DNA from: the human T2T-CHM13v2.0 reference genome, Homo sapiens
Reading direction: 5' to 3' (one strand)
NCBI RefSeq assembly: GCF_009914755.1
Contig: NC_060947.1
Length of the DNA: 64,000 bases
The translations under genes were made by a program, and so were the position numbers. Below are positions 36,933 through 52,309 of this stretch, one piece after another. Numbering within the stretch: position 1 is the stretch's first letter; the number at the start of each line of letters is the position of its first letter. The notes beneath the pieces were generated by a model. It searched no databases. It worked only from the letters and a program-made list of their open reading frames with translations, and had not been told where the DNA came from.

Positions 36933-38947
36933 CTATCAGACAACTGCCATGCTCAGCAAATGCTGCAGTGAGCATCCCTGTAGGTTCTCTATTTGGACAG
37001 CTGGAATAGCCTTGCTTCCACCATGAGGGAGTGGATAATGAAACACAGACAAATGAGGCTGTGGTGACAGCAGCTCTGTGCTTCTTTTGGAGGTGAGACT
37101 GTAAGGAGAGAGCTGGAGGACCAAGATTAAAACCTAGAAATTGGCTGCCTTCAAGATCTGCTTGATAGCAAACCCCCCAACAAATTTTATTGAAGGCAAG
37201 GGAGTGTTGTAGAACCTAAGAGTCAAAAAGCAATAACGTATGCTGCCCACAAGGAATCCCTGGTCTAGTGGAGAGACAGACAAGTAACCAGGTAATTTCA
37301 ATACAGTGATAGGGAGGCTAAGAAGAAATGTACCAAGTCATTTCATAGAGCTTCAGGGAGGGTTTTGTGGAGGATGTAGCATCTACATGTATTTCAAGTT
37401 ATTTAGGCTCTGATTACTTTTTTTCCCCCTTAGTAATTCTTTAATGCTCAGAGCCAGTAATGGCTTTATGTGATGCTATCATTTATGTTCATAAATCATG
37501 GAGAGAGAGATTCATAAGCAACTATAAATAGATAATTATATTTTATATTTCCTTTCCTTTCAAGTTGGAGGCTGCAGCATAAGTTTCATTGGTCTAAGGG
37601 AATAAGGAGCAAGATTCCACTGCAGTTTCAGGCTGTAGTGGACTAATGTTCTCCCTACCTCAGCACCAGAAAAAGGTATTATTAGGGAGCCATTAATCTA
37701 GCCTGCCTACTCCCAGCCTAGAGCAAAGAAAGATATATGTTTAAGATTGTGTAGGAGGGGAGCGATTGAATGGAAAATTGAGTTGATGTCTCCCTTCCAA
37801 CTACTCCCCTCCTTTCACTTCTTCCTAACCAGTAACACCTGTAAGTGACTCTTCTGTACGGATTTAAGAATGTAAACACTTTTCCTTGTGTTACCCATTT
37901 AGAAAAGCCCACTGTTTGCTTGCATAATGATGGTGGCATTGGAGGTGGGCACTTTAACAAGGAAGACATTTATCTTAAACAGCCTTCGGATAAACATTGA
38001 CTTTGGAGGCAGTTTAGCAAAGACTACCTACATGGTTTTGAAGACTTTGCTCTGATTGCTTATGGGAGCCAACATTTGTCAGAAGAATCCCAAGCAAAGG
38101 GAGATGGGGAATACTATCACATCTTCTAGACACAGACACTACGTTCAGGCAGCGAGGCACACGGACAGCCAAGTCAGACATGGATAGAATCAGAAAGTTC
38201 AAGAGTGCTCAGTTCCTAGTTTAGGGGGCAGCACATTGAATGGGGCAAAGAAAATGGAGCCAGCATTGGGCAGGCCTGTCAGAAACAAGTAACAGGACCT
38301 AGAAAAGCGCATGGCAGTAAAGGCACCCACCACAGCCCATTCGAAATACAGAGAAATGTAATACATTCTAATTTTAAAAGACTAGACTTTAATGAAAGCA
38401 TAAATTCACTCTCAGTCACTCAGCAAACATGTGATGTAAATACTCCCAACATGAGTTATTTCCAGGTACCAACAGTTGAAAAATGGACTCACACAAATTC
38501 CTGAATATGTAGCAATCAGCTCCCCTGAGCCAGTGACAGCCAGCTCCCGTACCCAGTGGGTGGGCCGGGCAGCTCTGTTTTGTCTGTGCCTACTTTCCAC
38601 TCCAGTACTGATGGCAGCAAATCTTCCACTATGTTCTCAACTTTTGTTGTTGTTGTTGTTGTTGCTTATGTTGTTTTGAAATAAGTCACACTGAACTCAG
38701 AAGTGAGCCCTCTTGTACAGATTATGAGATGGATCCACTGAAATGTATGCATCCAATTTCATATTAATAGTAAGTGAAAGTTCAATTAAAAACCATTCTG
38801 AAAATCTTATTTGGTATTCAAATTAGCTAAAGTAATGAAAACTCACTTTTTTTTTTTTTTACAGCCTTTTGCTAACACTCCCAAGGGGAAAAGAGAAATT
38901 GAAAATGCCAAGTGTATTTCAGTATTACTGCTTTTTCTCCTTCTCAG

Positions 38948-39081
38948 AACACCGGAGCCGGAGCGATCGCCGAGAGCAAAGAGCAGCTGCCCCCCTTTCC
39001 ATTGCAGCTCCTCCACTGCCAGCCTACCCTCCAGCTCACAGCCAGAGGAGGCGTGAGTTTAAGGACCGTCACTTTTTAACG
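38948..39081 (+). CDS. NHS: NHS exon 3 (134 nt, phase 1-0)
   Basis: Acceptor ctttttctccttctcag|AA, donor ACG|GTAAGT; continues the exon 2 frame: (E)[44 protein letters not shown]. Confidence 0.96.
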
Positions 39082-39329
39082 GTAAGTTTGGTGGCCACCT
39101 GCAGCCCTATGCTTGCTGCTGAGGAAACATCAGTTTGTCTGGGAGTCAGTTTCCTGCCTCCCAGTGAGAGAGGCTGGGCTGGCTAAGAGCTCAAATCATG
39201 GGCATTTGGGAACAAATTAATTTCCCTTCCTTTCATTCCTGAAAGAAACGCCTCTTTTTTGGAATACAGACATATTTTTTAGTTAACTGGTAGCACAATG
39301 CAGTAAAGCAAGAATAATTACAGACTAAA

Positions 39330-39560
39330 ATCAGGAAAAAAAATACATACTTCAAACCTCGGTTCTTCTGCTTGCAAGCTGAAGGATTCAGGATAGGTTA
39401 CTTATGTTCTTTGCCCTCAGTTCCCTCATCTGTAATATAGGGATATTAATAGTACCTGGTTTATAGGGCTAGAGGATTAAATGAGATAAGGCATGTAAAG
39501 TGCTTAGCCCAATGACTGACTGATACAGAGTAAGACCTCAAGAAATGTTAACCACAGCTG
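39330..39560 (+). mobile_element. MIR SINE
   Basis: cctcagttccctcatctgtaatatagggat...gaggattaaatgagataaggcatgtaaagtgcttagc. Confidence 0.85.
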
Positions 39561-41179
39561 CCACTACTGTTATTACTGGTAAAGTGACAGCATGGCTGAC
39601 TTGGTGGGGTGAACTGGTAAAGAACTTAAGTGATACGAAAAATTACCATTTGAAGAGTAATCATGTCATCATTTCATGCTTTCCCATTCTCCAAAGGAGG
39701 CTAGTTCTCCAGGGTAACTTAATACCATGGTGACGTCATCGCCTCTGGGGCTTTCAGCCCTGACCAGATGGATGTGGCTGTAACTCAGCCCAAGCCCTCA
39801 AGCATGGGTCACAGATGATGAAGCTGAGCCCATCTCAAAACACCTGCAAATACTATCAGCAGCCACTACAAACACATCACCGCAGATGTGCCTTCTGGGG
39901 CCTCAGTGGGGACAACTGAGCACTTTGTGCCTCTGAGCAGGCATCATTGAAGTGAGGGACTATGGCTTTTGTGACCAAATCAGCCCACACTGCCTGTCTG
40001 AATGTCTGCATTCCTGCTGTCTTGTCATTCTGGTTCAAGACCCAAAGTCTAAAGAAGTTACAATAGTGTGGGTACGAGTTAAGGTTTTTATTAGAAATTA
40101 AAATTGCGTGTATGACTCTAAATTGTGCACTCTTACGGCTTTTACAATATGCAAGAGAGATGCAAAATATTTGGGTCACATGGTGCCAAATATCCAGCCA
40201 AAAACAGACTTTATCTAAATGAACCCACATGATATAACATCCAGATAAGACCTTGAGTGATAATGGACAAAATATAAAAACATTTTTCCTATTTGTAGCT
40301 GGACTGCAGGCAGGTCCTTCAGTGCTCATCAAGTGCACACTGAGCGCCGTGTTGCACTTACTACATTGCTGCACTGCAGCCCAAGGATAAGAAAAGGAGA
40401 CAAGGGCCTCTTAGGGCTTTCTAGTTCTTCAGATAGAGCAGTTTCACATGCTAGTGATTTGTCATAAAGCAGAAGTTCTTAAGCAGCTCAAATCTGCTTG
40501 CTGAGGCATTTGCTTTTAATGAGGCATTTTCTGCATAAAAATGCTAAAATATTTTCCCATTCATTATAACATGTTTTATGGCTAATTAAGTTGGTTTTCT
40601 TGGAAGGGGGAGGTGAAAGAGAAGAATTTTGAGCATTTACAGAAATTACATAAAAATATAACCCTTTCTCATGATCTGCATAATTTTTAATAATGTCTAA
40701 ATACTAAAGTAAGACTATAGGAAAAGGCTTAAAATGACGAATAGCAACGAGAGTACATCATTTACTTACCCAACAAACATCAATAAGAGAAGACTATGGA
40801 TTACACTTAGGTAAACTTCAGTAAGTTTGTCCATCCCAAATGATAATACTTAGTATTTCTAAGTAATTTTAACTGTTTTATTTGTTCAAGAGTTTGGGTC
40901 ACTACAAGGATTAGAAGATTTTCATTTGAGTTATATCCCTTAGGCCTGGATAGAACATAGTTCAAGCTCACAAGACTGTATATTGCTGAAAGACAAATGG
41001 CTGCAGGTATAGAGACAGGAAATTTGTAGTCAAATTGCTGGATAGACACATTTTCTTAGACAACTCTCCTTTCATGTTTGAGATTTGGTGAAGGCATGCT
41101 TTTCTTCCTTTAAGAAAGCATTCATAATGAGATTGACATACAGTCTTCTGCAACTCTGCAGGCTATTGTACTGTACCTT

Positions 41180-41660
41180 GGTCATTAATGGCATGGACCA
41201 TGAAGCTAAACTGCCTGACTTTGAATACCAGCTCTACCACTTGCGAGCTGTATGACCCTGGCAAGTTAGTCATTTCAGTGTCTTGGGGATAGAAGTAGAT
41301 AGTACCTCATAGCCTTGGCATGAGAATTGAACGTGGTAATACATGTAAACAGTACCTCATACATAAGCACTACATAAACATCAGATGTTATTATTATTAT
41401 TAGCCAATCAATTCCCTGAAGTATCTATAATATGGTGATAAGATCATAGGTCCAACCGTGTTTAAATCCCAGCACTACAACTTTTTGGATGTGTGACTTG
41501 GAAAAAGCTATTGTATCTTTCTGACTCCCAGTCTCTTTATCTGTAAAATGGGGATAATATCAACTTTACAAGGTTGTTAAGGAGGCTAAATATGATGTTT
41601 TAGAAATAAGATTAAACTATGTATATGTATTTGTGCAAGTGCCTAGCACAGTGCCTAAAA
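41180..41660 (+). mobile_element. Two adjacent MIR SINEs
   Basis: ccagctctaccacttgcgagctgtatgaccctggcaagtta and cagtctctttatctgtaaaatgggataat cores. Confidence 0.7.
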
Positions 41661-42176
41661 TACCTGAATGTGAGTCTATATTCAAAATCGTTTACAATAA
41701 AATTCTTACCATCAAATGAAAAGCCTATAACATATACTCACATATAAGACTAGAGGAAGTATAAATTGTTACACTCTTTCTAGAGGGCAAAACTCTAAAT
41801 ATTCATAACTTTGATCCAGCAATTTTACATCTAGGAATTCACCCCAAGGCAATAATCAGTGTATGCAAAGATTTATTCACTAGGGTGTTCATCAAAGCAC
41901 TGTTTACAATGGGAAAGTTAATCACAAATATCCCAAATGTCTAACAATAGGGACTTAGTTTAATGAATACTAATATAACTATAGGATAGAATACAATATC
42001 AAAAATAGTGTTAGAGAAGAATATTTAATGACATGGGAAAATGTATATTTTATTATCAGGGATTTTTACATAGTTTATAAATTTGTGTATAGTATAATCT
42101 CAAAAAATGTCAACGAGTGTATATGTATGTGTACATATACATACGCATAGGGGGAAAAGGCTGGAAGGTTGTATAT

Positions 42177-42290
42177 CTGTGATTCCCAAACTGTGTGCTG
42201 AGGTGCCTTAGGGCACTGCAGTGAACTCCTAAGGGTGCCGTGGGATATTTTAAAATTTCAAGGGACAAAGTGTCATCTGTCTGGTGGCAT
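42177..42290 (+). mobile_element. hAT-Charlie-family terminal fragment
   Basis: ctgtgattcccaaactgtgtgctgaggtgcc...gggtgccgtgggatattttaaaatttc; subfamily uncertain. Confidence 0.45.
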
Positions 42291-45200
42291 CTGGTGATGG
42301 CTCCAAAGTAACCTCATAACTCCTACAAGTGAGAAGAGAGGATGCTTGGTTTCTTGACATTTAATTTGTACCAAAAGTTCTCCAGGGGGAACTCACAGGA
42401 AACAGGACAAGCCAATTTAGCATAAAACCCTAAACCCTTTGTTAGCTGAAAATTCAAGGAGTATCTCTAATTAAAGCCCATCTAAGAGTCCTTACTTATC
42501 AAGGGTGGCAAAGGAGGTCATTTCAGGGAAAAGCTTCCTTAAAAAAAAAAAAAAAGGGGGGGGGTATCTATTCCATCCTGCTGGATTTTGAAATTCTATA
42601 GCCAGAGATTAGTTTAAGATCATTTATTTGGGACATGAAGTTACTGTGGACCTGAGCTACAGAGAAGAGATCGAAACAAACGTCACGAAATCAACACTTG
42701 CACATAGCATCTCAACCTTTTCTTTAATGCACCACAGAAACTACAGCTTTAGGCTGGTAAAGGATCTGAAGAGTTATCTGGGCCTAGCTAGGAACCAAAT
42801 GTAAAAAGTTTGTAGTAAAAATGTTCCCAAGGGCAATATGAAAGAGAAATTGCCTGGGATCAACTTCTGTCCACATGAACTCTTGGCTGCAGACTGACTT
42901 GTTAAGTGTCAGAATACTGATTATTTAGGGAAAGGTAGGGAGAGGAAAGGGTTCCCGGAGAGGTGTGTTTGTGTACTAAACAAAAACCCAGTTACTGAAA
43001 GTCATTTGCCTCCAGGCAGAATTTCTGGGGAATTTTTCTACCTTGTCTAGGCTGTGGTCAAATTGAGAATGGCAAATGTGTATCAAAACAGGAGCGTTTG
43101 CCAGAGCTGTAACAGGTAGCCTGTTCCCTGCAAATCCAACCATGTGTTTTCACTCTTGGTACTAACCATTAGAAGTAGTCTACACAGCCTTTCTTTGGTA
43201 AGAAACAATACTTTTATGTGCTCAAAAACTATTAGACTTAGACTTACAGTGCTGATGGCTGGAAAGTAGCCTGTTTGAGGCAATTGAATACATAGGTTTT
43301 TTGGTGGATCGAAATATACACTGAGACTCCCAGGTAGCTGACTATAATGGTGATACCCTAGGTCCCCATCTCCCATTATTTCCTCCAAAAATGATATAGA
43401 ACAAGAAGGGAAAAATAAAACTACACAGAAAAACACACCATCAGCATAACTTGAGGACAGAGAATTCCCAAACATCAAATTGACTGTTAAGTAAAAGAGA
43501 GAAAACACCAAGTCTCAGCATATTTCCTCCTGTTACAAGGTGAGGGAGGGCAGATTCAGAAAGCCACATGGAAGAAATGAACTAGCAGTGGGTCCTAAGA
43601 TTGATCTAAAACCACCACCAGAAAAATTGTCTGCCCTAAGTCTGAAAAATACTACAGATTTTTTCAGATAGACACAAACTACAAAAAAGGGCCTAAAAGT
43701 ATGCATATTTTACAGGAGCAGTTTTCTCTATATAAAGCTTCTGGGGGAGACAAAAGACAAACAGGAAGGGAAATCTGCCCTTCAGCAATTGGGAGTGAAG
43801 AAGAAAAGAGGCAAAAAGGAAATTTCTAGGACCCTGCAAGACAAAATAAAACCAAAAAATTCAAGGACACGCAGGAGTTGTATGTGTCCTTCAACTCCTG
43901 CCTCACCACCAAAACAAACAAATACACTAAAATATTTGAACTTCAACAAACTGACAGAAGATGGTGCCATTAAACTAGGGATCTTGTGAAACACACCAAA
44001 GCCACACAAATGAGTAAGAGATAGATTAGCAGATCCACATAGAGTGATTGCAAAAGGTCAATGAAAGAATATATGAAGCAAGGGTTTTATGTCCAACCAT
44101 GCTGTTCATCAAGTATAGAAAAGCAATTTTCAACATACAGGAACTTAGAGAATTTTGCACCCATGAGTCCTTTATGAGGCATCTACCACAGGACAAGCTT
44201 CATCCAACCAAGGGATAATTGGGGAAATGTCAGCAAAAGGATGGGTAGCATACATTTTAATACATGTAAATGTAGATCTAAAACTAAAAGTACAGTGGAG
44301 ATGAAGATAGAAAACTAAGGTGCAATTTTAAATGTTGTGACAACAGAGAATGATACAACTAAAAATGAGAGAAGGGAGAGGTAAAGAAGAAAATAGAATA
44401 AGCTAATTGATCACTGTCTAGGCAATAAGTGGCTGTTAAAGGATACCAATAAGAACTAGTTAACCAGATAGTAAAGGCTTGAATAATAAAACAGAGGACT
44501 AAGGACATTAAAATGGTATAAGAAAAAAGAAGACTACTAGCAAAAAAAAAAAAAATACAAATCTTCCTAAATACCAAAAAATTGTTTTATATAAACAGAG
44601 AAGACAACACATCTTACAGAGGAAGAAACATAACAAATATAACAAAATACACATAATTATAACATTTATCAGAGTTTAGTCATATCAATGAATATGAGTG
44701 AGCTTAATTTGCCTATTTAAAAACTTTTCAATTTGGCTCACAAAGCAAATCCAACTATATGCTCTATACATTAAACACACACAAGATTTTTATTTATTAA
44801 TTAGGTCCTGATTATTTGAAAAAACATGACCAAGAAAAAGAGAGAGAAAACACAAATAAAATAAGCAATGACAGGAAAAAATACCACTGAAACAAAAGAA
44901 ATTTTAAAAATTATAAGAGACTATTTTGCAGACCTCTGTGCAAATAAATTTGAAAACCTAGATGAAATGGATAATTTCCTAGAAGAGTAAAAATTGCCAG
45001 AATTGGCGTCATTAGAATTGGTAAGCTTAAACAGACTGATTTCCATGGGAGAACCAGAAGAAGTTATTAAGGAGCCATGCCACTAAAAAACATCAGGCCT
45101 AGATGGTTTCCCAGAGGAATTCTACTAAACCTTCAAAGTCCAGATGTTCCCAATGCTCTATAAATTGTTTACAAACATTGAAAATGAAGCAAAACTTCCC

Positions 45201-46127
45201 TATTATTTCTTTTATGGAGCAAGTATAACATTGACACCTGAACTGATAAAGACAGTCAGACCAATATCACTCATGATTATTGATTCAAAAATACTAAATT
45301 CAACATTAGCAAACAGAATATAACATCATATTATATTAGGAGATTAATATACTGTGACCAATGGGATTTATTCTAGGAATGGAAGGTTGGTTCAATATTA
45401 GGAAATCTATTAGTATCATATATCATATTAACAGATCTAGGAGGGGAAAACCCATATGGTTAGCTCCTTGGATACTGGCTAAGCCTTAAACAAAATTCAA
45501 TATCTATTTTTAATTAGAAATGCCCCTAATGTTTCCATACATATGTATATATGTATGTATATATATCTAATGTTAGAGAAAACCCCATTTACAGCAATAA
45601 CAAAGAAGACCAAATACTTAGGAATTAATTTACCAGAAATGTGTAAAACTTATATGAGAAAAACTTTAAAGCACTCCTTAAAGACACAACATTAGACTTT
45701 TTCAAATAGAAAGACATCCCCTGTTCTTGGATAGAATGATTCAACACTACAAACAAATCAGTTCTCTCTAAGTTACTTAATAAGTTTAACACAATTTCAA
45801 TAAAAATACCAATAAGCTTTATTTTATGGAGTTAGATACTTATGGGAAAACAAACATATAAGACTAGCCAGGAAAACACTGAAAAAGGAAACCTAGCCCT
45901 ACCAGACATTAAGATATAGTTAAAGCCTCTATAATTACAATATTGTGGTATTGGCACATGAATAGACAGATATATCAGTAGAATAAAACACAAAGTCCAG
46001 AAAGAGACCAGAGTATATATAAAAACATTCAATAAAGGCAACATCACAAATAACTGAGGCAAGAGATGGAGTTTTTTAATGATGCTGGAACAACTGCATA
46101 GCCATTTGGTGAAAGGAAAAATTTGAT

Positions 46128-46318
46128 CAGTGTTTCTCAACCTCAGCACTGTTGACATTTTGGGCCAAACAATTTTTTGTTGTGGGGACCATCTTGTGCA
46201 TTGTGCAATGTTTGCCAGCATCCTTAGCCCCTCCCCTCACTTGTGACAACTCAAAATGTCTCCAGACACTGCACTATGTTCCCTGAGGGGATAAAATCAC
46301 CTCTAGTTAAAAATCATT
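46128..46318 (+). mobile_element. MER20 hAT-Charlie element
   Basis: cagtgtttctcaacctcagcactgttgacattttgggcc...aaaatgtctccagacactgc. Confidence 0.85.
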
Positions 46319-46776
46319 TAATGGGATGCATACTACCATACACAACAGTAAACTCCAAATGGATCAGGGACCTAAACCTAAAAAATGAAACCACACAAGT
46401 ACTAGAAGAAAATATGCATGAACTATTCTTTGACCTCAGTCCAGGGAAACACTTTCTAACTTTGGCTAAAAATACAGAGGAAAGAAAAGAAAAAAGAAAA
46501 GATTGATGCATTTAAACAGTAAACATTTTTGCATGCCCAAACACCGTAAAGGAAATCAAAAGACAACTGAAAAACTGGGAGAAGATATGTGCAACAGAAA
46601 AAGGGCTAATACCTCTAATTGATAAATACCTCTTAAAAACTGAGGGATAAAGAAAAGAGCAAAACCTTGGAAGAAAAATTGAGGAAAAGATGTGAACAGA
46701 CAATTCAGAAAAAAATATAGGCATGTTTCTTCAACTGAAGAAAAATTGTTCAAGCTCACTCTCAATTAGAAATGCA

Positions 46777-47080
46777 GGCCAGAGCATTATGCAGCCTGTA
46801 ATCCCAGCATTTTGGGAGGCTCAGGTGGGAGGATCACTTGAGCCCAGGAGTTTGAGACCAGCCTGGGTAACATGGTGAAACCCCGTCTCTACAAAAAAAT
46901 ACAAAAATTAGCTGGGCCTGATGGTGCATGCCTGTAGTCCCAGCTACTCAGGAGGCTGAGGTGGGAGGATCACTTGAGCTTGGGGAGGTTGAGGCTGCAG
47001 TGAGCTGTGATCACACCACTGCACTCCAGCCTGGGTGACAGAGGAGACTGTCTCAAAAAAAAAAAAAGAAAAGAAAAAAA
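46777..47080 (+). mobile_element. AluJ
   Basis: Dimeric Alu; TSD agaaatgca on both sides. Confidence 0.92.
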
Positions 47081-47528
47081 AGAAATGCAAACAACACTGA
47101 AATTCCACATATTACCTATGAGACTGGCAAAAATTAAACAATGTAACAATGTATTCTGTTAGTGAAACTGGAGAAACAAGCACTCTCATACATTGCTGGT
47201 GGAAATTCAAACGTGGTCCAACCTAACTGAGGGCAATTTGGCAATATCTAACCAAACTACATACGCACTTACCTTTTGCTTCTGCAATTCTACTACAGAT
47301 ACACCTCCAGTAATAGAAAAAGGTTATTTTTTTCAGCATTGCTAACAATTACAAGATGTTGGAAACAACCCAAATACCTATACATAGAAGAGTGATGGAG
47401 TAAAAGAAGCAGGAAGACCTTTATGAACTGATAAGGAGTGATTTCTAAGGCATACTCTTAACTGAAAAAGGCAAAGCCCAAAAAAGTGCCTACAGTATGC
47501 TACCCTTCATGTTAGAAAGAAGGGTATA

Positions 47529-47872
47529 TAGTCATATAGCACATAATAATGTTTCTGTCAACAACAGACTGCATATAGTCTGCTGGGCCCATAAAATTAT
47601 AATGTCATATTTTTGCTGTACCTTTTCTATGTTTACCTGTGTTTAGATATACAAATACTTCACATTGTTTTACAATTACCTACTGTATTCAGTACAGTAA
47701 CATGCCACACAGATTTGTAGCCTAGGAGCAATAGGCTCTACCATATAGCCTAGGTATGTAGTAGGCTGTACCTTCTAGGTTTGTGTAAATACACTCTAAG
47801 ATGTTTGCACAAGAAAATTGCCTGAGGACGTATTTCTCAGAATGTATCCCAGTCATAAGTGATCTATAACTA
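47529..47872 (+). mobile_element. Tigger3a-like element
   Basis: gtcatatagcacataataatgtttctgtcaacaacagactgcatata...gcctaggagcaataggct...tttctcagaatgtatccc. Confidence 0.8.
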
Positions 47873-47915
47873 TATAAGAAAATATACAAGTAGCCACTTA
47901 TTTGCATAAAAGAAA

Positions 47916-48602
47916 GAGTCCATTCTGCTGTGACACAACATATGCATCCCTAAAAATCTCCACACTGTACAAAATTGCACAATAAAAAACAAAGGGCTTA
48001 TGGAGAAAATGGGAGTTAGGGGCACAACATTCAAAAATTTCTTCCAATGACAACACACACAGACACACACACACACAAATAGGAACCTAATAAAATACAA
48101 TAGCACAGTTATACACATTGTGAATGGTTAAAAAATACACAAATACTGCAATAAATTGGCACTTCACCCAGAAAAAGTCCTGGGGGTGCCTAGGGATTGG
48201 GCAACAGAAGGGCCACAGCTTGTGAGTTACTGGGAAGGACTGGAAGGAAGGTTACCTGAAACCGGAGGGAAGGTCATAACACCAGGTGTGGGCAGGTGTG
48301 GCTCCTAATATGTGGAGTGAACTGAGGTGGCTGGTAGATATTTGATATGTGTGTGTGTTATGTACTCTTATGCAGCTCAGTTCAGCTGTGTGCAGTTGCT
48401 GTGTTCATCTAGAGAGTCTCAGGTTATGCTCAAATGTGAATACCTAAGATATCTTAGGTATTCAAGTGATACCTAAGGTATCAATCACATTGGAACAATC
48501 AATCACATTGGAACAAATTTGAATCAATATCAGTCACATTGATATCGATCACAGTGGAACAAACTTGAATTTTCAAAACATGCGTTATAATGAAATTGAC
48601 TG
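47916..48602. mobile_element. TcMar-Tigger-family element, subfamily uncertain
   Basis: Degenerate inverted termini gagtccattctgctgtgacac / gcgttataatgaaattgactg, followed by TA. Confidence 0.55.
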
Positions 48603-49028
48603 TACAGGAAGGAAAAACCAGAAATAAATGAGATGGATTTCCCTACGGGGGATGAGTGGGAGTGGGGTAGAAAGAATGGGAGGATGGGATGGTGGTGGCA
48701 GGTTCAAGGGGGATGGCATTTCTCTGAGTATATTTTTTGGGTTATAGCTCAGGTAATGTTTTATATATCCCCCCATAAATAAATAATTATCATCAACCAG
48801 GATGTGAGGAGAACCCCAAATGGAAAACAAACAGCACCAAATAAACCTAACTACATTACAAATGAATAACAACCACCCTGAAAGAGGTGGGGAAGAAAAT
48901 AGCTAACCTTTAATAACTTTGGAAAGCAGTATTTTTGTTTCATTTTAACCACAAATATTTATTGATAGATTAATGAGTATAATTTTAAATGGAACAGTAA
49001 GGCATAACTGTGGATTAAAACACCTTGC

Positions 49029-49310
<282 letters not shown>

Positions 49311-49598
49311 AAACATCTTGCTATACAACCAAAAGGGGAAAGTCATACACTTAGGAATTTTAAATATGCAAGTCAAAGAGCCTTTGAGGTACCCCACAGA
49401 TGACTATCAGATAATTCTTCCCTTTTATACAATTCCTATATTACATCACTTGATCACAAAGTTAAAATTTTACTTTAAAAGGAATCCCTCATTCATTCAC
49501 ACTTGAGTCATCCCACCTGGCCACTCCCCTGCTTCCCACCCCTTCCCCATCCCTTTAAGGTGGTATTCTTTAGCCATTCCCTTCCTGAATAATTGTGT

Positions 49599-50014
<416 letters not shown>

Positions 50015-50503
50015 TTATGAATGAAGAGACTTACACAGACAGATGTTAGGATGACAGCAACCTGATTACTTGATTCAGTGAAGTCTAAACTAAGCTGACT
50101 CTAGCAAAGAAGCTGCACTGGCTTGCTCAGAGGCCTATCATTCCACCTCAGATTGGCCACAAATGCGAGACTCCATGTTTCTAAGGGATTAACAGTGGTC
50201 TACATGAGAAGCCAGGAAGCCAATATAACCAGGCAGCTGATGCTACAATACATTTGATGCTTTAGATCTCCATTAGGAGCTGACTATAGCTTCCAGCATA
50301 ATCATTTGCCACATGTAAAATCCTTCAAGATACTGAGGACAATCTTTAAATCTCAGATAGGATCAATTAGGAATTTCCTTAACAGTAATCTATTTGAAAA
50401 TGTGAAGTGGAAAGCATTCCAGTGCACATAACATTGAGGCATAAACCATGCTGCAGAGGTGTGAATGCAGGAGGCTCAATAGAGTGCCCAGCCTCCTTGT
50501 TCA

Positions 50504-51210
<707 letters not shown>

Positions 51211-52309
51211 AAAATTTTTTAAAAGAAAAGCATCTCCATCAAGCAGACCTTTGATGACTGACTGGGCAGAATGGAGGGGACTAAGAGATGGTCACATTCT
51301 TCTGAGAGAAGTGTTGGTTCCTGAAAAGCTCCCAGAGAGACAACATCCCAGAGGCCCATTTATGAGTGAACGTAAATAAAAACTTCCAGACCACAGAACT
51401 TTCTTGCCAAGTCAGAAATATATTCAATAGGCACAGCTTGGGGTGCCACGTGGAACAGAGGGAATTTGGGGGGTTAATAAAAATCAGGGAGGCTAAAAGA
51501 CCAAGTGCAGTTGCTGCATTCACACCCCTGTTGGGTGACAGAAGCAGGAAGCAAAGGACATATGGACAAGATTGAAGGAGCATGCGGAAGCCTACAGTCT
51601 AGTCCAGTGAAAGAGCTTGGCCTGGTTCCCCCTCTCACTTTCTCAGACTGGATGGATATGTGGCGTCAGCAGCAGAAGAGTGGAGATAACATTTAGAAAT
51701 GGAGAACCAGTGAATTCAGGCTGAAGAGAAATAGACTGGGTGTACTATTCTGTAATGCCCTGTTTGCATCAAAGGCAGGCTTGTGTTGACCGAGCACATC
51801 TGGAGTCGTCATGCATCAATAGTAGCATTTTGGGAGACGGGGCATGATGGGGTAGAGGTGGGGCTGTTGGACAGGAGGACTCTCAAGTTCCAGTTGTTAA
51901 ATACTAAAGAGCATGGAACAGTTTAGTCTCAGTTCTTCAGTCAAGAAATCAGATGTTCATTTTCTGTTCTATGTCCACCTTCTCCAAAAACTTAAAACAT
52001 CCTGTGAAAGATATTGCATCATCCCCATCCCAGTTAGCCTCCTGGATGGTTCTGTCTGTGATGATGCCCAGTCGCTCATCTGAGTTATTCCCTCTGACCA
52101 TTATGCATAGCTCCTGTAACAGCTCACTGCAGGAGATGTTGTCTAACATCTATCCAAATCATATAATTAAAAACCAAAGTGAAGTTTGCTGCTTCAGCTG
52201 TCAAGTGGTTCTGGTCCATTCACATCTTTGCTCCTTTCGTAATCATCAATGGGTCAGAAATGAGCCAAGGTTCTTATGAATCCACAGAAGTTCAGCTGGT
52301 CCTCCCCAT

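Larger units (their letters stand above)
43330..48950 (+). mobile_element. Long decayed L1M element (ORF2 and 3' UTR remnants) with nested MER20, AluJ and Tigger elements
   Basis: A-rich sense L1 motifs (aataaatttgaaaacctagatgaaatggataatttcct; aggttggttcaatattagg; aactccaaatggatca); 5' boundary uncertain. Confidence 0.8.

Noticed and set aside
42541-42564. A15G9 homopolymer junction
   Set aside because: A simple slippage-prone tract with no associated element or TSD.
48481-48570. Short repeats with spacers that superficially resemble a CRISPR array
   Set aside because: This is eukaryotic DNA with irregular, degenerate units and no cas genes; local duplication explains it better.
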